Below, piece after piece: positions 50,750 through 61,257 of a DNA stretch of 64,000 bases. The translations under genes were made by a program, and so were the position numbers. A model generated the notes under the pieces. The model was not told where the DNA came from, ran no database searches, and was given only the letters and a program-made list of their open reading frames with translations. Position 1 is the first letter of the stretch. The number at the start of each line of letters is the position of its first letter. The stretch comes from a virus (taxonomy: Duplodnaviria > Caudoviricetes), in the IMG/VR virus record IMGVR_UViG_3300029705_000042. One strand, written 5' to 3'.

Positions 50750-51517
50750 TTAATCTTTTTTCTCTTCGGTCTTCTCGCAGTAAATTGTTCCTTTTAACTC
50801 CGCAAAACTATGTAACATCCAATGATGGTGGATATTATACGGATGTCTGAAGCAGGATTTATTATTGCATTTCGAAGAACAGAAAGTAATATCATCACTT
50901 GTCCATGAACTTTTCTTTTTCATATTTTCCACCTCATTGCTCTACATCACAGAACGCACCGTTCACATACATCTTTTCAAGATTGTGTGCAATTCGTAAT
51001 TCTCTGTCCGTCATTTCCCAAATAAGTTTCCATCTATCATTTTTATCTCTAATATAAATCATAGGCATTTTCTTTTCGTCATCCCAACACCAAAAGTTTG
51101 AGAATGCGTCAAGAGAGTTTGTATATACCTTTGTATCAAAAGAGCAATGGTCTTTGATATATCTTAATTTTCTACGACAATTGCTAAACCCCATTCCTGC
51201 ATCAATTTCAATAAGGTCTTCGCCAGTCTCTAATAATGCTCTATGGTGATTAAGCCAACCATCTTCAAAATAAACTATCATATTTTCCACCTCACAAGGC
51301 TATAAAATTCGCCTTTTATTTATTACATACCGCTCTTAATGTAATAAATTTTCGACTGAAGCCTACCAACTCTATCCATAACGGACAGATGCCAACCGCA
51401 CTTACTTCTTCCTTTTTCCATCTGTCGCTTGTATTCTTCATTGTGCTTCAAAAAATATTCCGTAAGAGCAGCGTCAATCAATTCAAGTTCTTCCTTATTA
51501 AACATAGCTACCTCCAC
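50750..51517 (-). other. three small accessory genes (50750, 50934, 51323)
   Basis: Sites at 50737, 51303 and 51519. Confidence 0.65.
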
Positions 51518-51565
51518 TTAAAATTTATCTTTTATGTTATGTTTATAACCTTATCTTTTATGTAT

Positions 51566-51634
51566 TCGGTAAGTGGAATTATCTTCCACTTCCGATTGCA
51601 GATATATTATACACTATGTTTAACTACTTGTCAA
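51566..51634 (-). promoter_or_regulatory. sigmaA promoter (51606-51634) followed by a leader hairpin (51566-51594)
   Basis: TTGACA-17-TATAAT; tcgg(t)aagtggaa ... ttccacttccga. Confidence 0.8.
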
Positions 51635-51656
51635 TAGTTTTTCTAAAATTTTCTTA

Positions 51657-52715
51657 TTATTTTTTGAAAAATTCCGTATAGGATTTTCCAATAGCGTTAT
51701 GTCTTGCTGTGATTGAGGCATTACGAGCGATTCCATTTGAACAAGCCTCCATATATGCAGAGTATGTTTCAGAATCGTTTTCAGTTTTGAAAAAGTTTAC
51801 CATAAACTCTGCAAACATTGCTTCGTTAATTTTCCCAATGGATTGTTTAATATACGGAATAAGGGAAATTAAATGTGTTTCCGTATATAGCTTTTTCGCC
51901 ACATCCTTCTCCTTATTACCTACTAATTCTTCATGTACACTCACCACATAATCAAATACTTTAGCAAGCTCTAATTTTTCACTATCGGAAATTTCCGCTT
52001 CCTCAATCATAGGATTAAACTGTTTACTTGCAAAAGAAATATCTTCTATATCTTTATTAAGCATCGTCCAAGCCTTCATCACAAGGGTTACTTGATTCTT
52101 GCTTGCTCTTGCTTTTTCCGTCAACATTTCTTCAAAGAGTTTGTGCGAACCAATATCAAGTAGCTCTTCAATATTCCGAGCAGATGCCAATGTCCTTGCC
52201 TTAGTTGACAAAGGTTTCCCATTATTTAACCGCTTAAACAACTCCCTTTCTTCTTCTTTGGTAAGATTGTCAAAGTATGTTACTGCAAATGTTACGGTAT
52301 TGAGATAATCCTTTAATCCCTCTGGCAGCTCACTAAATTTCTTATTAGAAATATCTACGACAACTTCTTTATCTTCATCTGTATCAAAGTAGGTAATAGG
52401 TTGTAACTTGGATAAAGCAAACTCATCGTTCAAAAATTCCTTTACAGTTGAAAGTCTTTGCTTACCGTCCATAATATAGTATGTGTTACTACCTCTTTTA
52501 CCGCTTCCATCGTCAATCCGTTTTGCATATACTGTTGGTATAGGATAACCAAGAATCATACTTTCAATTAGCGAAGATTTTCTTGCCCTCTCCCAAACAA
52601 AGCTTCTCTGGATAATGTGTTCAAAATTAATTTTTTCGTTCTTAACCATTCCGCTTAATTGTTTTGCCGACCAAACAATACTTGCTTTCTCTAATGACAT
52701 AAAGAACAACCCCAT
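51657..52715 (-). CDS. DUF262 (ParB/Srx-like, GmrSD N-terminal) protein
   Basis: QRSFVW, LIES...YPIP, MDGKQRL, FKRLNNGKPL. Confidence 0.85.
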   Translation of the reverse strand: MGLFFMSLEKASIVWSAKQLSGMVKNEKINFEHIIQRSFVWERARKSSLIESMILGYPIPTVYAKRIDDGSGKRGSNTYYIMDGKQRLSTVKEFLNDEFALSKLQPITYFDTDEDKEVVVDISNKKFSELPEGLKDYLNTVTFAVTYFDNLTKEEERELFKRLNNGKPLSTKARTLASARNIEELLDIGSHKLFEEMLTEKARASKNQVTLVMKAWTMLNKDIEDISFASKQFNPMIEEAEISDSEKLELAKVFDYVVSVHEELVGNKEKDVAKKLYTETHLISLIPYIKQSIGKINEAMFAEFMVNFFKTENDSETYSAYMEACSNGIARNASITARHNAIGKSYTEFFKK

Positions 52716-52739
52716 TCATATATTTTTATTTATTATAAC

Positions 52740-53540
52740 TTAATTATCAAGAAAATCCAATCCAAGATTCAAGCTGTTAAATACATCTTCAATTTCTTCA
52801 TCCATAATTCCAATATACCTTTTCGTGATAGCCACAGATGAGTGGTTGAAGATTGTCATTAACATTACCAAAGCCTTTTCTTTATCTTCTGCGTTATGCC
52901 ATACATGATAACCAAATGTTTTACGCAAGCTATGTGTTCCAATATTGCGTTCAATTCCAACTTCAATAGCGGTATTGGAAATAATTTTCCAAACACTTCT
53001 TTCAGAAATTGCATTGTCACCTTTTCTGGATTTGAAAACAAAATCGTTCATATCCTCAATCGGATATTGTTTTGTATATTCAATGATTGTTTTCTTTACA
53101 ACATCATTAAAATACAATGTAACAAACTTACGATGCTTCTTAGTTTTCTTTGGCTGAACCTTATAAGAATCTTTAAATGTCATATCATCTTTTAAGAAAA
53201 AATTCCAACGAAGTGTGATAAGGTCGCTGATACGAAGAGAAAGATTGATACCGATTAAAAACAGCATTTTATTCCGACAAGCAATCTGTTTCTTATTTTC
53301 ATCAGGAGCTTCTTCAATGCGTTTATTAAATACATCAATCATAGACTTAATCTCTTCTTCAGAAGTGAATGGATAAACCTCGCTTGATACACCAGCAACC
53401 TTATTACTATGTCGTTTGTCAATAGTTCCATCCTTATTAAGTCTAACTTCTTTTTTGGATAGTCCGCCACGAATAACCCTTCCAGAAAATCCGTTAAATT
53501 CTATAACATTGCTTGTTGAAGTTTTTGGTAAAGCACTCAT
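52740..53540 (-). CDS. tyrosine recombinase with complete catalytic set
   Basis: LRISD (R), KKTKK (K), HSLRKTF (HxxR), FNHSS..IT.RY (H, Y). Confidence 0.93.
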   Translation of the reverse strand: MSALPKTSTSNVIEFNGFSGRVIRGGLSKKEVRLNKDGTIDKRHSNKVAGVSSEVYPFTSEEEIKSMIDVFNKRIEEAPDENKKQIACRNKMLFLIGINLSLRISDLITLRWNFFLKDDMTFKDSYKVQPKKTKKHRKFVTLYFNDVVKKTIIEYTKQYPIEDMNDFVFKSRKGDNAISERSVWKIISNTAIEVGIERNIGTHSLRKTFGYHVWHNAEDKEKALVMLMTIFNHSSVAITKRYIGIMDEEIEDVFNSLNLGLDFLDN

Positions 53541-53575
53541 TTATCTCACTCCTTATCTTCTATCTTTATGTCTTT

Positions 53576-53604
53576 ATTATACCACAACTCACTTGGTTTG
53601 TCAA
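53576..53604 (-). promoter_or_regulatory. sigmaA promoter of the recombinase gene
   Basis: TTGACA-17-TATAAT with extended -10 TG. Confidence 0.85.
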
Positions 53605-53612
53605 GTAGTTTT

Positions 53613-54026
53613 CTAAAAATTTTTACATTTATATTTTTCTCTATGTTTTTCTCTCTCCTTCTCCAACTCTTCCGATGTTAAATTATATCTTCCTTGCTTT
53701 GCCCACTCCATTATTTGATAACCGTTATATTTCATTATATCTTGATTATATAATGTACAGTTTTCTATAACAATTTTTCCATCAATAGAATCTCTATGTG
53801 GTTCTGGATATTCTACTTTAGTTTGTGGCTCTGTTAATTTGTATTTGCCATTCTTAATGTTTTGCTGTATTTGTTTATATGGTACTCCTCTAATAATATC
53901 TCGGTCTAAAAGTTTTTTGTTGGCTCGTTGCTCGGCTGTAATTGTCGGCTCAAACATTCTTTTAATTTCATCAATACAAGTACTAATTAACGCTGCGGTA
54001 AATAATCCGTGTAACATATCTATCAC
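53613..54026 (-). CDS. hypothetical protein
   Basis: 137 aa ORF. Confidence 0.6.
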   Translation of the reverse strand: MIDMLHGLFTAALISTCIDEIKRMFEPTITAEQRANKKLLDRDIIRGVPYKQIQQNIKNGKYKLTEPQTKVEYPEPHRDSIDGKIVIENCTLYNQDIMKYNGYQIMEWAKQGRYNLTSEELEKEREKHREKYKCKNF

Positions 54027-54409
54027 TCCTTCCGATTATTCGCTACATATTCCATAATCAAATCTTTCTTTACATAATCTTCAACAAAGGCACTAATGAC
54101 ATGTTTGATAAAATATCCGTCATATTTAACTGCATCTTTAAATTTATTATAAACTTCTTTATTAAATGTGCTGTTAAGCGTTTCTGTTTCTCCATTATCT
54201 TCCTTCCATCTAAGTATATCTTCTCTATCTAAAGAATATTTTCTGTTTGCATATTGCCTCATAAAAACTTCAATCACAATATTTAGTGGTAAGTTTCTTT
54301 CTTTACACTTTACTTTAAACTCATAGAAAATATCCTTATTTATTTGCATATTTAATGCTTTTGTCGGTAATTTTTTGGCTTCGACCTTAATAAATCCTGC
54401 CATATACAC
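54023..54409 (-). CDS. tandem ribbon-helix-helix DNA-binding protein
   Basis: Internal repeat LNMQINKDIFYEFK..IEVFMRQY / LNSTFNKEVYNKFK..ISAFVEDY. Confidence 0.6.
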   Translation of the reverse strand: MYMAGFIKVEAKKLPTKALNMQINKDIFYEFKVKCKERNLPLNIVIEVFMRQYANRKYSLDREDILRWKEDNGETETLNSTFNKEVYNKFKDAVKYDGYFIKHVISAFVEDYVKKDLIMEYVANNRKE

Positions 54410-54492
54410 TCACTTCCTTAAATTGTTTATCTCTTTTTCTAATTTAATTATATCACAATTATCATAGTTATCAACTATTTTATTAACACTTA

Positions 54493-54813
54493 TCAGCAAT
54501 ACCAATCAAACTCTGTATAACCGCCAGATTCTTCTATATAACGGAAACATTCTTCTAAAGTAAATTCTTCGCCATATCCACCAAAGCCAGTATCTTCATC
54601 GTATTCTCCGTAATTATCGTCGCAATCAAACGAAAGAATAATCATAGAAATTAAATTATCCATTGAAGTTTTCGGTTTATAGCCATCGGCAACAATTTTC
54701 TTTTTGATGTCATTGTAATACATTACATAAGTTCCCTCTGGATTGCTTGCACAATCAATAAACACTGACATGCCTCCAACTTTTCTTGTATAACTCATTA
54801 TAATAACCTCCAA
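54493..54813 (-). CDS. acidic hypothetical protein
   Basis: ORF with RBS. Confidence 0.6.
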   Translation of the reverse strand: MEVIIMSYTRKVGGMSVFIDCASNPEGTYVMYYNDIKKKIVADGYKPKTSMDNLISMIILSFDCDDNYGEYDEDTGFGGYGEEFTLEECFRYIEESGGYTEFDWYC

Positions 54814-54822
54814 TTATTTTAA

Positions 54823-55551
54823 TCATAATATCACTTCGTAATTCATCATTGCTTCATAACATTGCTTTGATATATTACTGTTTGCATACTCCTGTTCTGC
54901 AACTCGTTTAATTTGTTTTTCTCTATACTCTTTATACTTCTGCAACACCGCCTCGCTTGAATCTTCTATATTTAAATCTTGTTCCATAAACAATCTGTTT
55001 ACATTCTGCGGTACTAAACAACAAGTTTCTGGAGAATAAATATCATTATCTTTAACTATTATATTTCTATTTAAAATCCAATTATTTCCTTTTAAAAAGT
55101 TTTCTGCATTAGACTGTTTGTGTATCCATTCATAGAAATTCTCAAAACATAACCATTCTTCACAACAAACTGCATTAAAATGTGTTTGATATTTCTCTTT
55201 GTATTCATCGTCATAACATTTATATAACATATTTCTCCAAGTATAATATTCTCTGCAAACTTTTCCATTTGGTCTGGCAGGATATTTATTACCTCTCATT
55301 CCCACACCATAAATAGTTGGATGATAAGGATTTTTAATGCTTCCATTAGTAAATTCCCTATATGTGCTTTTAATTCTTGCTTGCCGTTTGTCTTGAAACT
55401 CAACTACAATATCGGATGATTTATTATATTCAACAATCTTCATCGAACAACCTTGTTTGTTTAATCGTTCTTCTCCAAGCCTTTCTCTCTTTTGTCTTTC
55501 TTGCGTTTCTTTAGATGTACTATGATTACTGTTATTTCCCATAATAAACAC
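54823..55551 (-). CDS. paralog of 16681-17466, apparently internally deleted
   Basis: Shares MKI..Y...D.VVEFQD, KNPY, CCEEWL.FENFYEW, CCLVPQ; lacks the AP2-like segment. Confidence 0.6.
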   Translation of the reverse strand: MFIMGNNSNHSTSKETQERQKRERLGEERLNKQGCSMKIVEYNKSSDIVVEFQDKRQARIKSTYREFTNGSIKNPYHPTIYGVGMRGNKYPARPNGKVCREYYTWRNMLYKCYDDEYKEKYQTHFNAVCCEEWLCFENFYEWIHKQSNAENFLKGNNWILNRNIIVKDNDIYSPETCCLVPQNVNRLFMEQDLNIEDSSEAVLQKYKEYREKQIKRVAEQEYANSNISKQCYEAMMNYEVIL

Positions 55552-55567
55552 AACCTTTATAAGTTTA

Positions 55568-55891
55568 TTAGTGTTCTTCTTTTAATTTTCCATCTTTGTA
55601 CAAAGAATGTTTATATCGTCTTGTATTTTTAATTGCCTCCCTATGTTCTTCTTTTGTGCCTTGCCATTCTCTCCAATGTTCTTTTCGGTATTCTTTTGCT
55701 TTTTCCGCACTTTCTTTATTTACAATTAGAAGAATTGTTTTCTTGCTAACTTCAAACATTTTAGCTAAACCATTCAAACTATACTGACCAGTTCCATATA
55801 GCTTCTTAATTTCTTCTCTCTGTGCATCGGTTAATCTTTTCCGTCTATCTTGCAATCCTTGCAGTTTAATCTTTTCACTCTTATAAGGCAT
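55568..55891 (-). CDS. helix-turn-helix DNA-binding protein
   Basis: LTDAQREEIKKLY..G.YSLNGLAKMFEVSKKTI. Confidence 0.75.
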   Translation of the reverse strand: MPYKSEKIKLQGLQDRRKRLTDAQREEIKKLYGTGQYSLNGLAKMFEVSKKTILLIVNKESAEKAKEYRKEHWREWQGTKEEHREAIKNTRRYKHSLYKDGKLKEEH

Positions 55892-55948
55892 TTAGTCCAC
55901 CTTCTTTATTTATATATATTTATTAGTTATAATGGCAGTTATACCACC

Positions 55949-56317
55949 TTAATCAAACTCTGGAATAATAACTGCGTCATAATATCTATCAATGTCATAA
56001 TCAGGTTCTTCCATTTGATACATTAAAACCTTTTCACATCTTTGAATTTCTCCAAATGCTTTTAAATACTTGATTAAAGCATCCTTTGCATCTAATTCAC
56101 AATAAACTGTTACATCGTTGCTACCATAATAATTTTTAACTTTAATTAATTCAGAGCTTTCTCTTACATTATTAAAGATGTGTAAAAAATTCTCTGCATA
56201 TTCTTTAACATCTCCTTCTACATTTACTGTAATCGCATAACCTTCCACTTCGTATACTTTTGTTTCCACTTGTTTCATTCCAATAACCTCCTCTATAATA
56301 TCTATCTTTATCCTCAA
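55949..56317 (-). CDS. hypothetical protein (true start probably MKQVE)
   Basis: RBS GGAGG and own promoter. Confidence 0.6.
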   Translation of the reverse strand: MRIKIDIIEEVIGMKQVETKVYEVEGYAITVNVEGDVKEYAENFLHIFNNVRESSELIKVKNYYGSNDVTVYCELDAKDALIKYLKAFGEIQRCEKVLMYQMEEPDYDIDRYYDAVIIPEFD

Positions 56318-56321
56318 TCAT

Positions 56322-56350
56322 ATTATAACATAGATTTAATTATCCGTCAA
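56322..56350 (-). promoter_or_regulatory. sigmaA promoter
   Basis: TTGACG-17-TATAAT. Confidence 0.75.
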
Positions 56351-56367
56351 GTAGTTTTAATTTTGTA

Positions 56368-56410
56368 AATAAAGGCGCAGAAAATAGAATCTAAATTCTA
56401 CGCCTTTATT
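56368..56410 (-). terminator. hairpin immediately 3' of the tRNA
   Basis: aataaaggcg ... cgcctttatt. Confidence 0.65.
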
Positions 56411-56411
56411 C

Positions 56412-56498
56412 TGGTGCTGGAGAAGGGATTTGAACCCTCACGCTTGTAAAAGCACAAGATTTTAAGTCTCGGATGTCTGCCAATTCCATCACTCCAGC
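56412..56498 (-). tRNA. tRNA-Leu, anticodon TAA, 87 nt, encoded CCA
   Basis: GCTGGAG/CTCCAGC acceptor stem, CGAGA-CTTAAAA-TCTTG anticodon arm, long variable arm, GTTCAAATC T-loop. Confidence 0.95.
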
Positions 56499-56521
56499 AT
56501 ATTTCTTTTTATTACACAAAC

Positions 56522-56550
56522 ATTATATCACAATAATTTCCACTTGTCAA
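56522..56550 (-). promoter_or_regulatory. sigmaA promoter of the tRNA
   Basis: TTGACA-17-TATAAT. Confidence 0.85.
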
Positions 56551-56682
56551 CACTTTTTTGAAATTTTCTAAAATTTTTTAAGGTAAATTTAATTTACCTT
56601 ATACGCTATAAGGTACAATTATATATATATATTCATTTTTAATTACACCCTATGGCGTATAAGGTCTTGTTTTTTATTTGTA

Positions 56683-58795
56683 TCAATAAAAAAGCTCCGT
56701 CATCACATTAGACTTGGATACATTATATTTATCTGCAATGTATTCAATAATCTGTTTCTGTATATGTTTGCTTCTTTCCCCAATGGCTTCGCCAATAATG
56801 TGAATTAGTTCAATAGCCTCATCATAATTAGTAAACAATGCTCCGCAATCAGAACTATCGTCTTGCTTTAATTTTTCAAGACCAGACTCGGTATAACATT
56901 CTGTTTTTCTTGCACAAGCATAACAGTTTCTATTCATTATCTAATTCCTCCATATAAAATTGTGTTTTTATCTATTAAGTAAAGAGATTTTCCTTAACAT
57001 AATCAAACCAATATATCTTTACATCTTCCTCGTCAATTTCAAATCCGTCAATCTCTTTTATTGCTTCTTCGTGGTCTTTTTCCCAACTACTTGTGATATA
57101 ATTTACACAATAATCATCATAAGGAAAGTCCAAATTATCCAAAATTTCAATAACTAAATCCGCTCTCATAATTTAATCCTCCTAAATAATTTTTTTATCC
57201 GTAATAAGTTCCGCAAATATGACAGATTCTACTTCTGTAATCAAAATCTTCCGTCAAATACTCACCAAGTTTTGATTTAAGTTCATCTATAATTTCTTCT
57301 ATATCATTATATGCTTTCTTAAACAATGTGGGATAATGTGTCAGCGGTACATAGGCAATGATATCGCCTCTATAAGATTCATAATCTCTGCCCCAATCAA
57401 AATATCCATCATCGTTGATTGTCCGTGCTTCGCCAGTAAACTCACTTATATATTCACAAATTCCTTCATCAAAAAGAATGTATGCAAGGTCTGTATCTTC
57501 ATCCAGAGGCTCAACATCTAACTTTGATATGACTATTTTCATCGTTTCCTTATCAAATACCAAACCGTAATCATCAATCGCCCAATCTCTCGTACTCATA
57601 ATAATTTCCTCCTATATATTTATTAATTAAAATCATTATTTTATTTGTTGTTAATCATAAGATGTGCGTACTTTTCAACAACGCCATAAGTTAATTTAGT
57701 CGGCTCTTCTGTATCGTAATAATCTACTTCCGTATATTTATCCAACACAATAAGATACAAAGGAATACAACCAAACAAAAACCATCCAATATAATCCGTA
57801 ACAATCATATGTTCATACTTGTTTCGTTTCTTGTTCCAAAACTCAAATCTAATTTTCCGATAAGGCTTTTTAACAATCATAAATCCTCCGCTTAAAACCA
57901 CACTTTTATATCTTATCTATATGCTCTTGTTCTGTATCAATAGTCATTGTTTCAAAGTCTAACCAATATCCATTATCCAAACGCAGACTACCATTTTGAT
58001 TTTTTACCATAATGTCAAAACAATACATAAACTTTGTCCAAGTCGGCATAAGTCTATATATAAATTTATATTCCATCAATTTATATAAAAACTTTTTCAT
58101 ATATCATTACCTCTTTAAAATCACTCTTTTATGTGGCTTTCTATTTTCTTTCCCACAAACATCAACACAATGTCAAACATTATTACAAATATTATCCATA
58201 TTGCCAAATCAATTGTGCCTGCAAAATCAAGTTGACAACCATTGATAAAATAGATAAATATAATAGTCAAACAACACATAGAAATTGCAATTGGTTTAAT
58301 ATATTTATTAAATGAAAGCATTTCTAATAACAAGGCGATAACAAAAGCCATTAGTATATCTGTAATCATATATCTTTACCTCTTAAAATCGTCATTTTAA
58401 CACGCCACAATTCGCAACATATTTAATCTTGCATATCTTATGGCACTTTTAACTATATCCATACTCGCTTGTTCATACTTCGTAAAATCAAAAGTAACAT
58501 CTTTAACCTTAAAAGAGCCACCTTGATTTTCTTCTACACTCTTAAGGCAATCACATACAGTTTCGATTTCGTCCATTGTTTTAAGTGACACAGAAATTTT
58601 ACTTCCAGTATACTCCCAATCTCCAATCTTTTCTGTACAACCATCATTCCAAATCTTTGTTCCTGCTCCCTGCGGAGGCTTAATCCCCTTGAATATAATC
58701 GTTTGACCTATCACACCTACATCAATACCACCATATCCAAAAAAACAAGTGTTTGTTTTTATATCCACATAATCAACCATTACAAAATCCTCCAT
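56683..58795 (-). other. array of small accessory genes (56683, 56975, 57195, 57641, 57906, 58121 membrane protein, 58397)
   Basis: Nearly every junction is a TAAAA-N6-TTTTA site. Confidence 0.75.
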
Positions 58796-58822
58796 TTAAA
58801 ATTATCCTTTTAAGATATAAGC

Positions 58823-59476
58823 TTAATAGTTTAAGCAAACACATCTGCCATCATTCAACTGCATATACTGTTCTTCTTCCAACAAGTCCTCGCCAAACTT
58901 TTCAAAGTCAAAGTATCTTTCTGCAACCGAATTACTATCTACATATCCAAGGCTATATGCTTCGTCATAACCCAAATCATAAACACTATCAAACACACAA
59001 CCTACAATTCCTCTATCTCTATAATCAAGATAGTATTCATCGAAAATCTGTTCAATATCTTCTTCGTCAAATCCGTATTCGTCCATCAAATACTCTTTTT
59101 CTTCTTCGATTACTTCATTAAACAGCTTTTTATTCTCTGCGGACAACAGCTTGTCATATACGGATTGAATTGCGTTACAAAGTTCAATACCTTTGTTGTA
59201 TCTTTCATCACCTTTAGTTATTCCATAACCCAAATCGTTTATATCCTTATTAAACTTAATAAGCTGATTATATTCATCTTCTGTTAAAACAGTTTTAATA
59301 TCCTCATAGTTAGCAAAATCGTGTCCGCTATAACAAGCACCATGCAATATCACACTTCCAAAATAATGGTCGCACTCCCATCTTTTAGGCGTTGTTTCAA
59401 TGTATGCACAACAATCTCTGCCTTCCGCATATTCCTTATACAAAAATACATATCTTTTCATTTTAAATCCCTCCAT
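58823..59476 (-). CDS. acidic protein with ArdA-like (antirestriction) C-terminus
   Basis: DLGY.E...GY.....ERYFDFEKFGEDL resembles the ArdA YxDyexxgrDl motif. Confidence 0.5.
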   Translation of the reverse strand: MEGFKMKRYVFLYKEYAEGRDCCAYIETTPKRWECDHYFGSVILHGACYSGHDFANYEDIKTVLTEDEYNQLIKFNKDINDLGYGITKGDERYNKGIELCNAIQSVYDKLLSAENKKLFNEVIEEEKEYLMDEYGFDEEDIEQIFDEYYLDYRDRGIVGCVFDSVYDLGYDEAYSLGYVDSNSVAERYFDFEKFGEDLLEEEQYMQLNDGRCVCLNY

Positions 59477-59482
59477 ATAAAA

Positions 59483-60664
59483 TTAGTCTTTTAATTTATT
59501 TGCTATGACGGACAATTCCAAAAGCACCTCGGAATTTCTGTCATACTTTTCAATTTCTTCATCCGTAAATCTTTCGGTCTTTTCATCCATCTTCCAGTTC
59601 TCTTGTTGTCTCTTGATTTCTTCCATCCTAACCAAGCACATAAGAATTGTTTGCTCTCTGTTTGTTAATTCAACTGTTTTCATATTTGAATACTCCTATA
59701 AATTTTCTTATGTATGGTTGAACGGATTTTATTCCGTTCAACCTATTCTTAATGTTTTATAAATCACCAGTTTTCCTTATCAATTACTGCGTTATGCTTC
59801 ATAGCATATTCATAAAAATCTTCCGTATCATCTGCGGTATATTCTGTTAGAAAATCTTCCAAGTCTTTGAAGTATTCGCCTTTGTTGCATTCTTTGAAGT
59901 ATTGTTCGGCAAATTCTTTTGTGACTAAAACTTCCGTTAAGTTTTCACTTTCATCATGTTCCTCAATCGTATCACGATAAACGCAAATCCATAGTTTTTC
60001 CATGATTATTCACTCCTTATAAAATTATGTCTTATTCTTCGACAACTTCTACTGTTTTAGTGTGGATAAAATTGTTAATATTCCAATCATAACCGCTATT
60101 ATTACTTCCATATAAATCTACATAAGGCATACCATATACATTTGTTCCGTTTACAAATTTATCTTCACCAAAACCCATAACCTTATGTTTTACAAACTTT
60201 TCATTACATTCCTTGATGAAAACTGTATCACCAACATTTAAATCTTCCGTTGGGATTTCTTTTGCTTTAATATATTCTCCAATCTGTTCCTTCTCTGGCA
60301 TAGCTACATCAATTCCCATCAGCATATCTTCCATATCGTGATTCATTTGTTCACAACCTTTGAAATGCTTGCGGTCAACGATTTCCCAACCTTTGATGAT
60401 ATAAGTTCCGTTATCATAATTGTTGCAATCTAACTTGTCTACTGTATCAATTCCAACTGATAATGAACCACCAAAGAAATTTCCGATTACTTGACACAAT
60501 CTTGCCCATCCGTAACAATCTGCATCAGGACTACGATACCCTTTAAGTTCGCAATACTTTAGGAAAGCACTTACGCTATCATAGCCTCCGTTCCAATGTA
60601 AATAAACTCCAACACCATTGTTCTCAAAATTTTCTTTCGTTGTGATTACTGCACGATTACCCAT
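59483..60664 (-). other. hypothetical genes 59483-59683, 59764-60003, 60032-60664
   Basis: ORFs with RBS; 60032-60664 begins MGNRAVI...YLHWNGG, a pattern seen in phage proteins. Confidence 0.65.
59716..59743 (-). terminator. 11-bp inverted repeat
   Basis: ggttgaacgga ... tccgttcaacc. Confidence 0.6.
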
Positions 60665-60712
60665 GATTCATCACTCCTGATGTTTTTTATTTACTTCTTA
60701 CCTTACACCTAT

Positions 60713-60741
60713 ATTATAGCATATAAAACATACATCGTCAA
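60713..60741 (-). promoter_or_regulatory. sigmaA promoter
   Basis: TTGACG-17-TATAAT. Confidence 0.75.
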
Positions 60742-60812
60742 GTAGTTTTCAGAATATTTTCTGTAAAATATTACACAAATTTTCCGTTAAGTTTTTGTAT
60801 ATTTTAACTAAA

Positions 60813-60851
60813 AAAGTTTGGACAGATAGACTTTCCATCTATCCAAACTTT
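60813..60851 (-). terminator. rho-independent terminator
   Basis: aaagtttgga ... tccaaacttt stem followed by a U-run on the minus strand. Confidence 0.7.
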
Positions 60852-60861
60852 CAATCAATGC

Positions 60862-61257
60862 TTATACAAACAATGCTTTGACTTTAAATTCCGCTCCATT
60901 TGGATATGTTATATTAATATCCATTTGCAACTCTTGTTTTACAATCTTCACTTGTTTATCGTTCAATTCTATTGTATTTCCTTCTTTGTCGTGACTTGCA
61001 AATACACAATTACCAAAGATGACATCTAAAACTTGTTTAGTCTTTCCGTCAACAACGGCAATCTCTGCTTTTAATCCTTCGATATATTTACCTTCCTCGT
61101 TGATAATTACATCAATTACATTGTCACGAAACTCCTTGCTTATAAACGGAAATTCAATATAACCGCCTACAATGGTTTGTAATTCCTCCAAAGTGTTTTT
61201 AATTTCTTGCTCCTTGAATTGTCCGTTGCTTAATATCAACACCTTCATAGGAAACAC
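60862..61257 (-). CDS. DUF3846-like protein
   Basis: NTLEELQ.IVGGYIE, INEEGK, IFGN. Confidence 0.75.
   Translation of the reverse strand: MFPMKVLILSNGQFKEQEIKNTLEELQTIVGGYIEFPFISKEFRDNVIDVIINEEGKYIEGLKAEIAVVDGKTKQVLDVIFGNCVFASHDKEGNTIELNDKQVKIVKQELQMDINITYPNGAEFKVKALFV

Noticed and set aside
25412-52715. DNA phosphorothioation system (IscS as DndA plus DUF262)
   Set aside because: The genes are 25 kb apart and no DndC/D/E or SspB/C/D homolog is recognisable in the window
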